A program made the position numbers and the translations under genes. 37,429 nucleotides of DNA from an uncultured archaeon. Its GTDB lineage: Archaea; Asgardarchaeota; Thorarchaeia; Thorarchaeales; Thorarchaeaceae. The notes under the pieces are model-generated. The model searched no databases. It saw only the letters and a program-made list of their open reading frames with translations, and had not been told where the DNA came from. The number at the start of each line of letters is the position of its first letter. Position 1 is the stretch's first letter. Of the stretch, positions 26,945-35,750 are shown one piece after another. The DNA is taken from contig CAYYQL010000024.1 of the NCBI GenBank assembly GCA_964473825.1, positions 1-37,429 of the forward strand, given 5' to 3'.

Positions 26945-27823
26945 CTATAGGTTCTTTATCTCTTCCAGCATAGCTAAGGTCCTGACAGTCTTACCCTCTC
27001 CAGAGATGATACTCATGGGCATCGCCTTAGCGTTGGTTGCTGCTCCAATGCTACCCTTCTTATCGGCCATGATTATGCCCGCCTCACTACCAGTTTTCTT
27101 CTCAAACATCTTCATTGCGCTGTCGCAGGCTTCTTGTACACTCCGCCCCTGTTCGTAGTATAGCGCACTCATTCTGGTCAGGAGGACACGCATGATGTGC
27201 TCTCCGTAGCCGGTGGCACTCGCACCACAAATCTCATCAGCATAGGCACCTGCCCCCATCACGGGACTATCTCCTACTCGACCGGGCATCTTTTTTGGGA
27301 TTCCTCCTGTGGAGGAGGTTGCCGCAATCCGTCCATCAATGTCAATGGCCACGCAGCCGACAGTATCTCCCGTATCAAGATCGAAACCGAAATCTACTGC
27401 ACCTGGCTCTCTCTGCTCACGGTACCCCTCGAGTATCATTCTGTCATAGATCCGTTTGGCATTGGGACCTGCGAAGAAATTGTAGTCCGTCTTCTCCATG
27501 ACATATCTTGCCAGTGAGATAGGGTTCTGTATTCCTGTGACAGCGGCGACAGATCCAAACTGTAGTTTGCTACCATCCACAATCATTGCATCAAGTTCCT
27601 TGATACCCTCGATATTCGCTCGGGCACCTACGCCAGCATTCAACTTGCCACAGCTCTCCATATAGGCCGTGCATTTCTCTGCAGCATCAAGGGCGCTGCC
27701 TTTCTGTTTCAGCGCATCGAATCCAATGCGGGCTGCCTTCTGAACATGCGTCTTGCCGGGAGGAATCCTCTTGTCCTTCCATTTTCCGGCGCCACCATGC
27801 ACTATGATCAATGGCAATTCCAT
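26945..27823 (-). CDS. Isoaspartyl peptidase/L-asparaginase (Ntn hydrolase)
   Basis: VHGGAG, ELDA, GD|TVG autoprocessing site, SSTGG, GRVGDSP, TGYGE. Confidence 0.92.
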   Translation of the reverse strand: MELPLIIVHGGAGKWKDKRIPPGKTHVQKAARIGFDALKQKGSALDAAEKCTAYMESCGKLNAGVGARANIEGIKELDAMIVDGSKLQFGSVAAVTGIQNPISLARYVMEKTDYNFFAGPNAKRIYDRMILEGYREQREPGAVDFGFDLDTGDTVGCVAIDIDGRIAATSSTGGIPKKMPGRVGDSPVMGAGAYADEICGASATGYGEHIMRVLLTRMSALYYEQGRSVQEACDSAMKMFEKKTGSEAGIIMADKKGSIGAATNAKAMPMSIISGEGKTVRTLAMLEEIKNL

Positions 27824-27895
27824 CTGCCTATCGTCTCCATAAGGGATGAGGCGATGTCCTACTTATCAATGTCATTACCAATGCGATTCTAGAAA

Positions 27896-28372
27896 CTAGA
27901 AGGTCCCCTTCTTGTGCATCTCAAGGCACTTCCTGATGATGAATTCCAAGAATCGGTCACAGGTATTCTTCCATCTCTGGTTCACAAGATAATCAGCGAG
28001 TTGCTCTCCATCACTGAAATCGACGTTACTCAGTGTCTTGCAGGTCGTGCTACCGAATTCGTCTAGGAAACTCCGATACAGCTCCCCCACTGCCTCAACG
28101 GCAGTTCCCCTGTCTGAAGGATGGTCCTCAGGTGTCGATTTCTTCCCGAGACCGCACTTGAATCCGATGGCTGCCGTACTCCCGATCAGCAGCCCGCAAG
28201 TGATTTCGCCAGACATGATGGCGCCCAAGTAGCCTGCTGTTGCCCAGGTCAGGCGATTATCGGATATCTCCCACAGGCTCAGAAGAGCTTGAAGCGAGGC
28301 CTCTGCACAGGTGTAGGTGTGCATTCGAGTATAGGCTTCGCTTAGTGTTTCTTCAATTCTGTCTTCGGACAT
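27896..28372 (-). CDS. C_GCAxxG_C_C family putative redox protein
   Basis: TCAEA, TCGLLIG, FGSTTCK and TC Cys pattern. Confidence 0.75.
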   Translation of the reverse strand: MSEDRIEETLSEAYTRMHTYTCAEASLQALLSLWEISDNRLTWATAGYLGAIMSGEITCGLLIGSTAAIGFKCGLGKKSTPEDHPSDRGTAVEAVGELYRSFLDEFGSTTCKTLSNVDFSDGEQLADYLVNQRWKNTCDRFLEFIIRKCLEMHKKGTF

Positions 28373-28597
28373 AGAGTCCCCTTTCATAGGCCTCCAAATA
28401 AGGTGTGTGAAGACTGTGGACATTCATCCATTTGTTTAATCAGGAAGCCTGACACTTATATGTCTAGATTCGGAGGTAATCATGGTAGAGCGGAACCCGA
28501 TTATGGAAATTATGATTGACTCTCATTCAACGCCAACCGATTTGAAACTGGGAGTTTCTTTTTTGTCCGCTCGCTTACTGACGCAACGTGATTGATA

Positions 28598-29098
28598 ATG
28601 ACCGTAGATACTGAAGAACTACAAGAAGTGAAAGTTGAAGACCTAGAACCTAAGATGAGCAAGCTGCACATCAAATTCAAGGTTATAGATAAGGGTGAGC
28701 CCCGCGTAGTTAGCTCAAGGCGGGATGGCTCCTCTCATACCGTCTTGGATGCAACCGTTGGGGACGAAACCGGCACGGTCGTTGTCCCTCTCTGGGATGA
28801 CTCCATTGATCAACTGAAGATTGGAAATGTGTATGATCTCAAGAATGGCTTCACTGGTCTCTTCCGACGTCAACTGAGGCTCAAGATTAGCAGCCGCAGT
28901 GAGGTCGAAGAGATCGAAGAGGAGATTGAAGAGGTCAACACAGACCGGAACCTGTCGGACGAAGAGCATGGCCGCCAACGAAGAGACTATGGCGGAGGAT
29001 ACGACCTGCGAAAGGGTCGATTCCGCGACAGCGGCACCAGTCGAAAGACTTACGGTGGAAAAGAGAAGGGACATTACCACGGCAAGCGCAAGTGGTAA
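28598..29098 (+). CDS. ssb: Single-OB-fold ssDNA-binding protein (crenarchaeal SSB/RPA-like) with R/G-rich tail
   Basis: VGDETGTV...LWD, NGFTGLFR..LRL; low-complexity basic tail. Confidence 0.82.
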   Translation: MTVDTEELQEVKVEDLEPKMSKLHIKFKVIDKGEPRVVSSRRDGSSHTVLDATVGDETGTVVVPLWDDSIDQLKIGNVYDLKNGFTGLFRRQLRLKISSRSEVEEIEEEIEEVNTDRNLSDEEHGRQRRDYGGGYDLRKGRFRDSGTSRKTYGGKEKGHYHGKRKW

Positions 29099-29193
29099 AC
29101 TCGACTGAATACCAGCACATACTAGTATGTCAAGGCTACCGCCTTGGCACCCTCTTTCTATTTATTGTCCTCAACTCGAAGGACAGCCAGATG

Positions 29194-29577
29194 TTATCTT
29201 CTGACCGTAATTCCCAGTTCTGTTAGCACACGAACTGTCTTCTCCAAGTCCTCCTCTTTTACAAGAATGTGGTCTGTTGAGAAAGCTGAAATCACAAATA
29301 TGCCGACTTCTGCGTCTGCAAGAGCAGTGGAGATCCTTGCCATGAATCCGACAAGCCCGAAGGGAAGGACCATGTCGAAGGTCATTATTCTCCATCCTCT
29401 CTCTATTTCTAGAGCATCTCCGGATTTGACACACTCCTCTTGGATGATTACTGTCGTTTCGTTCTTGTCTACTATCACTGCAAATGAGTCGGGGATAGCA
29501 CGGGCTGCTTTGAGCACGGCAAACCTCTCGCTCCAGACGTAGGCTTCTGCACCCTGTATGTAGCTGTCAATCTCCAT
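29194..29577 (-). CDS. ACT-domain protein (ACT_7/CASTOR-like ACT)
   Basis: DKNETTVI, GWR...LPFGLVGFMARISTALA..VGIFVISAFSTDHILVK. Confidence 0.82.
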   Translation of the reverse strand: MEIDSYIQGAEAYVWSERFAVLKAARAIPDSFAVIVDKNETTVIIQEECVKSGDALEIERGWRIMTFDMVLPFGLVGFMARISTALADAEVGIFVISAFSTDHILVKEEDLEKTVRVLTELGITVRR

Positions 29578-29701
29578 GATGCATCTGTTTCCAAGTCGCC
29601 TTTGTGCGTTAAATGTGTATAGCGAAATCTCACACTCCAAGCGATATACTTCTCTCACAATATGGGCAAATCTATTAGGGGCTCAAGGTGGATTGTCGTA
29701 T

Positions 29702-31552
29702 ATGCCTTCATCGAAGCCAGAATTCCAGAAGTATCTCGCTATAGAAACGGCTGGAGGCCCATCTTGGCATCCTAAAGACGATATGATGACCTTCGCTTAC
29801 GACTCTCCCGGAGTGTTTCAGGTCTTCTCAGTATCCGTCAAGAAGGGGTTGGCTCTCTGGCCTGCCCGGATGACTTTTGAGGAGGACCGATGCACGGATC
29901 CGCGGTACCTTCCAGATGGAAGCATTGTCTTTTCTCGGGATCGAGGCGGTGATGAGAATTTCCAGATTGGTCATATCGGCAGGGAATACGATTTGACATG
30001 GCTGACCTCGGACCTTGCTGCGAAGCATATTATCAATGCAGTTGGAGAGAAGCGACTCTACTACATGGCCAACACTGACAAGAAATCCAGGCTAGATGTT
30101 TACTTCCTCGAATATCCTGTAGTTGATAATGAACCAGCCAAGATGCTGGAGCCCACTGAGGGAGTTGTGTCGGTGGCTACGTCTTCTGAAGATGAAACTA
30201 AGATTGTCTTGCGAAAGTTCAGAGGTAACGTTGATCAAGAGTTGCTGCTGTGGGAGGATGGGGATGTTTCAAGCATCACTGCAAGGATTGACAGTAAGAG
30301 GACTGAACGATGGAACGGAATCAGGTTTGTAGATACTGAGACCCTTCTAGTTTCCACTGATCACGGCTCAGACCTCAATAGGCTAGCCCTTGTAGACCTG
30401 AACGGAGACTTCCGTCCAATCGATTCAATCGAAGAGAACCTCAAGTATCCTTTTGAGGAGGCCATATACAACGAAGAAGGCTCAACGACCTTCTTCTTCA
30501 ACAACAGGGAGGGGTATAGCTCTCTCTTTGCTGGCGATTTCAATGCTGAGGGTGTTGACGATTTCAGAGAGATTGAGATGCCCATCGATTGCACCATCGT
30601 TTCGGGCGATACACGGTCCTTTAGCATCTCGGGGGGCCTCTCTCCGGATCATACTCGTCTTGCAGTGACCCTCTCGTCCCCTACCGAGGCGACCAATATC
30701 TGGGTCTACGATATGGAGGATGACGAGTGGTGGAGAGCAACAGATGTAGGCCTTGCTGGTCTGAACCCCGAGAGCTTTGTTGATGCGAGCCACCATCGGT
30801 TTGAGAGCTTCGATGGTTTGAGTGTTCCGTATTTCAAGTATGTACCCAAGGGAAATCGGCCCGGTGAAGGGTGGCCGACCCTTTTCGTGATTCACGGTGG
30901 ACCAGAAGCACAGATGCGTCCTTTCTTCTACCCGGTAATCCAGTTCTTTCTGTCGGCAGGATTCGCAGTGATTGCGCCAAACATTCGTGGGTCGACAGGC
31001 TATGGGCGAAGGTATATGGACCTAGACAATGTTGGCAAACGATTGGACTCTATCCACGATATCAAGTCGCTGGCTGACATGGTCAGAAGAACCGATTCTG
31101 ATATCGATGCAGACCGTCTGGTAGTGTTTGGTGGCAGCTATGGTGGGTTTGCAGTACTCTCCTCTATGACCGAGTACCCTGACCTATGGAAAGCGGGCGT
31201 TGACATTGTGGGTATATCCGATTTCGTGACATTTCTTGAGAATACAGCAGACTGGCGTCGCCCACTTAGAGAGGTAGAATACGGAAGTCTGGACGAAGAT
31301 AGAGACCTCTTGGAGAGAATCAGTCCAATACACAAGGCGGACAGAATCTCTTCCCCGCTGTTCATCATTCAGGGAGATAACGACGAGCGTGTGCCGCTGT
31401 CCGAGTCAATACAGATATTTGAAAAGGTGAAATCAAAGGGTGTTCCAGTGAAGCTATTGCGCTTCTCTGACGAGGGTCATGGCCTTGCCAAGCTTGAGAA
31501 CAGAATAGAGGCGTATTCCCAAGTCTTGGAGTGGCTTAATGAAGTGGCATGA
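29702..31552 (+). CDS. S9 family (prolyl oligopeptidase/acylaminoacyl) peptidase
   Basis: Beta-propeller N-domain, IHGGP, NIRGSTGYG, nucleophile GGSYGG, QGDNDERV, DEGH. Confidence 0.93.
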   Translation: MPSSKPEFQKYLAIETAGGPSWHPKDDMMTFAYDSPGVFQVFSVSVKKGLALWPARMTFEEDRCTDPRYLPDGSIVFSRDRGGDENFQIGHIGREYDLTWLTSDLAAKHIINAVGEKRLYYMANTDKKSRLDVYFLEYPVVDNEPAKMLEPTEGVVSVATSSEDETKIVLRKFRGNVDQELLLWEDGDVSSITARIDSKRTERWNGIRFVDTETLLVSTDHGSDLNRLALVDLNGDFRPIDSIEENLKYPFEEAIYNEEGSTTFFFNNREGYSSLFAGDFNAEGVDDFREIEMPIDCTIVSGDTRSFSISGGLSPDHTRLAVTLSSPTEATNIWVYDMEDDEWWRATDVGLAGLNPESFVDASHHRFESFDGLSVPYFKYVPKGNRPGEGWPTLFVIHGGPEAQMRPFFYPVIQFFLSAGFAVIAPNIRGSTGYGRRYMDLDNVGKRLDSIHDIKSLADMVRRTDSDIDADRLVVFGGSYGGFAVLSSMTEYPDLWKAGVDIVGISDFVTFLENTADWRRPLREVEYGSLDEDRDLLERISPIHKADRISSPLFIIQGDNDERVPLSESIQIFEKVKSKGVPVKLLRFSDEGHGLAKLENRIEAYSQVLEWLNEVA

Positions 31553-31604
31553 GCAGTCATACATAAGAGCACCGAAAAGCAGTGTAACACGAGCGTTTGT
31601 TCGA

Positions 31605-32222
31605 ATGAATCGGTATCTGTTGGCATCGTTTCTATTTGCCCTGTTAGTGTTTCCTATGACCGTTTCGGCTGTCACATATGCCCCCTCGACATTTGCGGAT
31701 GACGGTGTCCAAGTGGACGTAGAGATCGAGAGCCCTGAACGGTGGAATGCTCCCTTCGAGGAGGACGTGAATGTGACGCTTGGCATCACCCCCCAAGCTT
31801 CGGTATACGTCAACATTTCCGTGACGCAAGTTGTTGTGGCTCTTCAGGAGCAAGAAGCTGATGGATCTTATACATTGTTGGCTGCCGATTCTTACTCTCC
31901 CCCAAGTCCTGTCACGGGAATCGATCATGTTAATTTGACACACGAATTCGTCTTGACTGGCTCAGGCAATGGATTGGAATGCTACTTCTCTCTAACCGTA
32001 GTAGGGTATTACTATAACGAGACCGGGATTACACCATTCTCTGCCTCTTCGCCCAACGATCTGGTTGGTCCCCTGACAGTCATACCTGGGATTTCCTCTC
32101 CACAGTCATTGGTCGGGATTGTCGTCATTGCAGCTTTTGTCGTCGTTTTTGTTCTTGGAGCTTACGGGGTCAAGAAGTCACGGTCTACCTATCGCGGACG
32201 AGATTCCTTAACGGATCAATGA
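31605..32222 (+). CDS. Secreted, C-terminally membrane-anchored beta-rich protein
   Basis: Signal peptide MNRYLLASFLFALLVFPMTVSA, several N-x-S/T sequons, C-terminal TM followed by basic residues. Confidence 0.7.
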   Translation: MNRYLLASFLFALLVFPMTVSAVTYAPSTFADDGVQVDVEIESPERWNAPFEEDVNVTLGITPQASVYVNISVTQVVVALQEQEADGSYTLLAADSYSPPSPVTGIDHVNLTHEFVLTGSGNGLECYFSLTVVGYYYNETGITPFSASSPNDLVGPLTVIPGISSPQSLVGIVVIAAFVVVFVLGAYGVKKSRSTYRGRDSLTDQ

Positions 32223-32305
32223 TAGGAATGGACCAAGTCGGGTAGCGCGGTTTTGAGTTTCTTTCCCAAGAGGTGACTTATGGAGATAGAGACCTTTCTG
32301 ACAAG

Positions 32306-33292
32306 CTATCTCCTACGGTTTTCGATGAGTATCAGAACCAATGTAACAACACTGATACTACCAACAATCAGAGCGAGTTGCTGATAGTCGATGCCGTATC
32401 CGTTACCAGTCTCATCACCATTTCCATTTGGATCCGGACTGGGTCCTGACATTCCGACAATCGGGTCATAGAAGAGTGAGTTATTTCCGAAGTGTTCAAA
32501 GGAAAGATAGACGGATTGCCCCTCTTCTCCATCTGTCCCTGAGCCATATGACCCTCCTACGGCCACTGTGCTGGTTCCCGCGTAAGCCTCCTCGGCAAAC
32601 TCAATATAGCTAGGTCCAAACTCAAAGAGGTTGTCCTGTTGTTCGAAGCGTGATGGCGGCTCCTTGTCCCCGGCCTCCTGGTCGCTTTCAGATATCACGA
32701 ACTGAAATACGAGTATCGAGTCGTCATACCTCCATTGCCAGCCAGACAGAGAGACCCCGAATTTGAGTTCGTTTGGATTGGATGCGTTGATTGAAACGTG
32801 GATTTGAATCTCAACATCGAATTCAATCTGTGAAGGAGTGGTAGGCACCGTCGTGATTGGAGTCGTAGTAGGAATGGGTATTGAGAAACTTGCTGTGGTG
32901 CTGAGGTTGAAGTGTACGGATTTAACAATGGAGTCTTCCTCCTGTGTATAGAATCCGCTAAAGTCCCAGTTCATCCCAGGAAGGATAAACGGAATACCGA
33001 CAATCATGTCTGTGGAGGGGTCAAACAATCCATCTTCATCTAGATCCTGTACTTCAATTAGCTTGAGAAACTGTAGATGATAGTTCTTTTCTGGAGCTGA
33101 CCGATTCCACCACCAGAAGTGAGGTACCTGGTTGCTAGCGCTTATCCTGACGCCAATTTCATTCGTAGTTAATGTGGCGATGCCCGCTCCATAAGAGTAC
33201 TCGATTCCACCCATCTGGGCGGTTGTGTGGGGAAGCATCATTAGAATTAGCACTAAGACGACATACACTCCGGTCCTGCACCGCTTTTTCAT
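32306..33292 (-). CDS. Cell-surface glycoprotein-like protein, paralogue 1
   Basis: Signal peptide, DLDEDG loop, P/T-rich linker, C-terminal TM plus RRR; collinear with 33530-34534. Confidence 0.75.
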   Translation of the reverse strand: MKKRCRTGVYVVLVLILMMLPHTTAQMGGIEYSYGAGIATLTTNEIGVRISASNQVPHFWWWNRSAPEKNYHLQFLKLIEVQDLDEDGLFDPSTDMIVGIPFILPGMNWDFSGFYTQEEDSIVKSVHFNLSTTASFSIPIPTTTPITTVPTTPSQIEFDVEIQIHVSINASNPNELKFGVSLSGWQWRYDDSILVFQFVISESDQEAGDKEPPSRFEQQDNLFEFGPSYIEFAEEAYAGTSTVAVGGSYGSGTDGEEGQSVYLSFEHFGNNSLFYDPIVGMSGPSPDPNGNGDETGNGYGIDYQQLALIVGSISVVTLVLILIENRRR

Positions 33293-33447
33293 TTTCTTGT
33301 CACCCGTCCATCGTACAGTTTGTGATCATCTGTTTCTGTGTTCGTATTGTGTTGTTGAGTCTTTTAGTTACCAGTGCTTGCATATACATTCCATTCCTTT
33401 TCTTCTTTGCTGGTATCCTGTGCTGTGAATGAGGCCAAGAACCTAAC

Positions 33448-33490
33448 ATAAGAGAATAGAGAGGAGGTCCTGGCACACTGCCAGAACCTC
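33448..33490 (-). terminator. Hairpin between the two surface-protein genes
   Basis: Minus strand GAGGTTCTGGCA-gtg-TGCCAGGACCTC forms a 12-bp stem (one G-U pair that forms only on the minus strand), then a pyrimidine tract. Confidence 0.55.
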
Positions 33491-33529
33491 GTTAGACTGG
33501 CGAGTTCTACCTCTGATTTGTCAGGAGCA

Positions 33530-34534
33530 TCAGCGCTTGACCTTGATTATCACAGCCGCCAGGACTACTACGGCAACCACGCCTCCAATCAGTATGAGCT
33601 GGTCGGAGGTAACGAGATCAGGTATAATCTCTGTGCCATTCCCGTCACCATCGCCGTTATCATCGCCGTCAGCTGTTGTTCCAGATGAAACTCCAAGGAT
33701 TGGATCGTATTCGAGGGTTTCATTACCAAAGTACTCGAAAGCAAGATAGACCGATTGGCCGTCCTCGTCTCCGGTTCCCTCTCCGTGAGTACCCTTCACC
33801 TGTATAGGTGTTTCACCAGCTACTGCTTCTTCAGCGTACTCCATGTATCCTTCGCCAAACTGGAACTGGTTTTCCTCTTGAACGAACTCAGGAGGTTCAT
33901 CAGATCCCGTTTCTTCACCGTGTTCACTCTGAGTTATTGTGAACTGGAAGACCAGCATCGAGTCCTCTGAGGCCCACTTCCACCCTGATATGACAATATC
34001 GAACTTCATCTCATGAGGGTTCGATGTGTCGATGTGTACACGGATCTGGATTGTGACCTCGAAGTTGGTCGGTGCTTGGGCTGTGGTCGTAGTTGTGGTG
34101 GGTGTTGGCAGAGTGAAATTCTCTGTTTTGGTGAAGTTGAAGTGGATTTCGGTCACTACAGAGTCTTCCTCCACCGTTTCAAAGCCACTGAAATCCCACA
34201 CACCTGCCGGTAGCAGATAGGGAGCTCCTACGATGGTATCCGTTTCAGGATCAAAAGCGCCGTTGCCGTCGGTGTCGTTGACCTCCAGCAATTTCAGAAA
34301 CATAACATGGTAGTCAGTTTCATTCGACGTAGCATTCCACCAATGGAAATGAGGTACTTGGTTGTATGCCGTGACCTTGACTCCGATCTGGTCTGTCGTC
34401 AGGCTTGCCAGTCCCTCATTGAATTGGTATTGGATTCCTTGCTCTTGCGCAGCTGCCATCGGCACTAACGCTAAGAGCGCTATTGCCGCAAGGGCCGCTG
34501 CAATTCTTGAGTGATTCGCGTTCATGTTTATCAC
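33530..34534 (-). CDS. Cell-surface glycoprotein-like protein, paralogue 2
   Basis: Signal peptide ...AAAQ, NQVPHFHWWN, DTDGNG loop, poly-Thr, D/G linker, C-terminal TM plus KVKR. Confidence 0.78.
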   Translation of the reverse strand: MINMNANHSRIAAALAAIALLALVPMAAAQEQGIQYQFNEGLASLTTDQIGVKVTAYNQVPHFHWWNATSNETDYHVMFLKLLEVNDTDGNGAFDPETDTIVGAPYLLPAGVWDFSGFETVEEDSVVTEIHFNFTKTENFTLPTPTTTTTTAQAPTNFEVTIQIRVHIDTSNPHEMKFDIVISGWKWASEDSMLVFQFTITQSEHGEETGSDEPPEFVQEENQFQFGEGYMEYAEEAVAGETPIQVKGTHGEGTGDEDGQSVYLAFEYFGNETLEYDPILGVSSGTTADGDDNGDGDGNGTEIIPDLVTSDQLILIGGVVAVVVLAAVIIKVKR

Positions 34535-34554
34535 GGTATTGTTTACTCAAGAAT

Positions 34555-34587
34555 GTATATAATCTTTCCATTCGAGATTTGTGGAAA
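34555..34587 (-). promoter_or_regulatory. Putative BRE/TATA (GAAAGATTATATA) with overlapping TTTCCA-N11-TGGAAA inverted repeat
   Basis: TATA-like box about 25 nt upstream of start 34534; palindrome arms at 34565-34570 and 34582-34587. Confidence 0.45.
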
Positions 34588-34649
34588 TGGCAGCTCGAGA
34601 GTACTCGAACTCCTCTTGAGAGGCCGCAGAGGGATTTGCTGGTTAATCC

Positions 34650-35471
34650 TTAGGTCAACAAGATCAGCAACAGAAGGTTGGCGTTAGTTACGATTAGAGT
34701 TACAAGGCCGGCGCGAAGTGGTCTAACACTCCTTGCTTTAGCTAGGCACATAGTAAGGATAAAGGCACTCCATGATATTGTGCCGGTCAGTAGCAGAGTG
34801 AGGAACCACCCCGATATGCTCAATTCTAGAACCATAAGGTTCAGCAAGAGTTCCAATACGACATTGGGGATGAAGGAAATTGGAATTGACATGAACAGAG
34901 AGGGAGAGCAACAGCGGGTTCCAATGATAACCGATGATACAAGCTCAATTAGAACGTAAATCGCAATCCATGCAACGAGCGCGGATGCTATCGACAACAT
35001 GGGAGTCGTGGCGAACTCGATGAAGAATAACCCGACGGGTAACAGTCCTACCGCATATGACAGATAGCCATAAGCTCCCAAGAAGAGCAGCATCTCCAGG
35101 GTGAATCGCCAAGGGTCTGATTGTATCCGTCTTATCGCAGGCATCATTCCTACAATGCCCGACACTTGAACCCTTGGATTGCTGGTCCTTTTGAGCCAGT
35201 ACAACGTGTCCTCGCCGTGCTGGAGCATCTCGAAGGCTGAGACGCCTAGCTCAGTCAAACAATACCTCTTCTGCTGGTCGCGCTCAACTAGCGGATTGGG
35301 TCCTTTGAGCAGAACGTCGATGTGAAAATAGAGCGTTCCGGGCTCTAAGTCTAGAACCTTCATGTCTGTATATGATGTGGAGCCCTGATTCCCGATGAGT
35401 GAAACTATCTCTCGCCTAATCTCGTGAGATAGTGCACTGAACATATCGTTCAGAATTGAATCTTCATCCAC
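34650..35471 (-). CDS. Membrane-anchored ArsR-like winged-HTH regulator with Yip1-like TM domain
   Basis: FSALSHEIRREIV...GTLYFHI...YCLTELG wHTH, followed by about 5-6 TM helices. Confidence 0.75.
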   Translation of the reverse strand: MDEDSILNDMFSALSHEIRREIVSLIGNQGSTSYTDMKVLDLEPGTLYFHIDVLLKGPNPLVERDQQKRYCLTELGVSAFEMLQHGEDTLYWLKRTSNPRVQVSGIVGMMPAIRRIQSDPWRFTLEMLLFLGAYGYLSYAVGLLPVGLFFIEFATTPMLSIASALVAWIAIYVLIELVSSVIIGTRCCSPSLFMSIPISFIPNVVLELLLNLMVLELSISGWFLTLLLTGTISWSAFILTMCLAKARSVRPLRAGLVTLIVTNANLLLLILLT

Positions 35472-35750
35472 ACGGCTTCAGCTCCTATATTCACCTCGAC
35501 GAAGGTATCGAGGAATTCGTTTCACTGACCAAAGCTAGAGTCATCAAGAGAATCAGGCCGACTTGAATGATAAGCTCTTCTCTGATAAAGCTTCCAATGA
35601 TTGGAACATGAATCATAATTATCGATGCCATCTCGACTCTTGAGAATGAGAAGTCGTTGCGATTTCTGGAGTAGATATCACACGACATCTAGACGGCCTT
35701 CTTCATAGCACTCTTAAGCCATGGCGTGGCCAACGAATCCGTTGATTATC

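Noticed and set aside
56-28372. Possible selenoproteins among the many redox genes
   Set aside because: All active-site motifs read through as Cys or Ser with no in-frame TGA, and no SECIS was recognised.
35491-35688. 65-aa minus-strand ORF upstream of the regulator
   Set aside because: No motif or RBS; probably part of the divergent promoter region.
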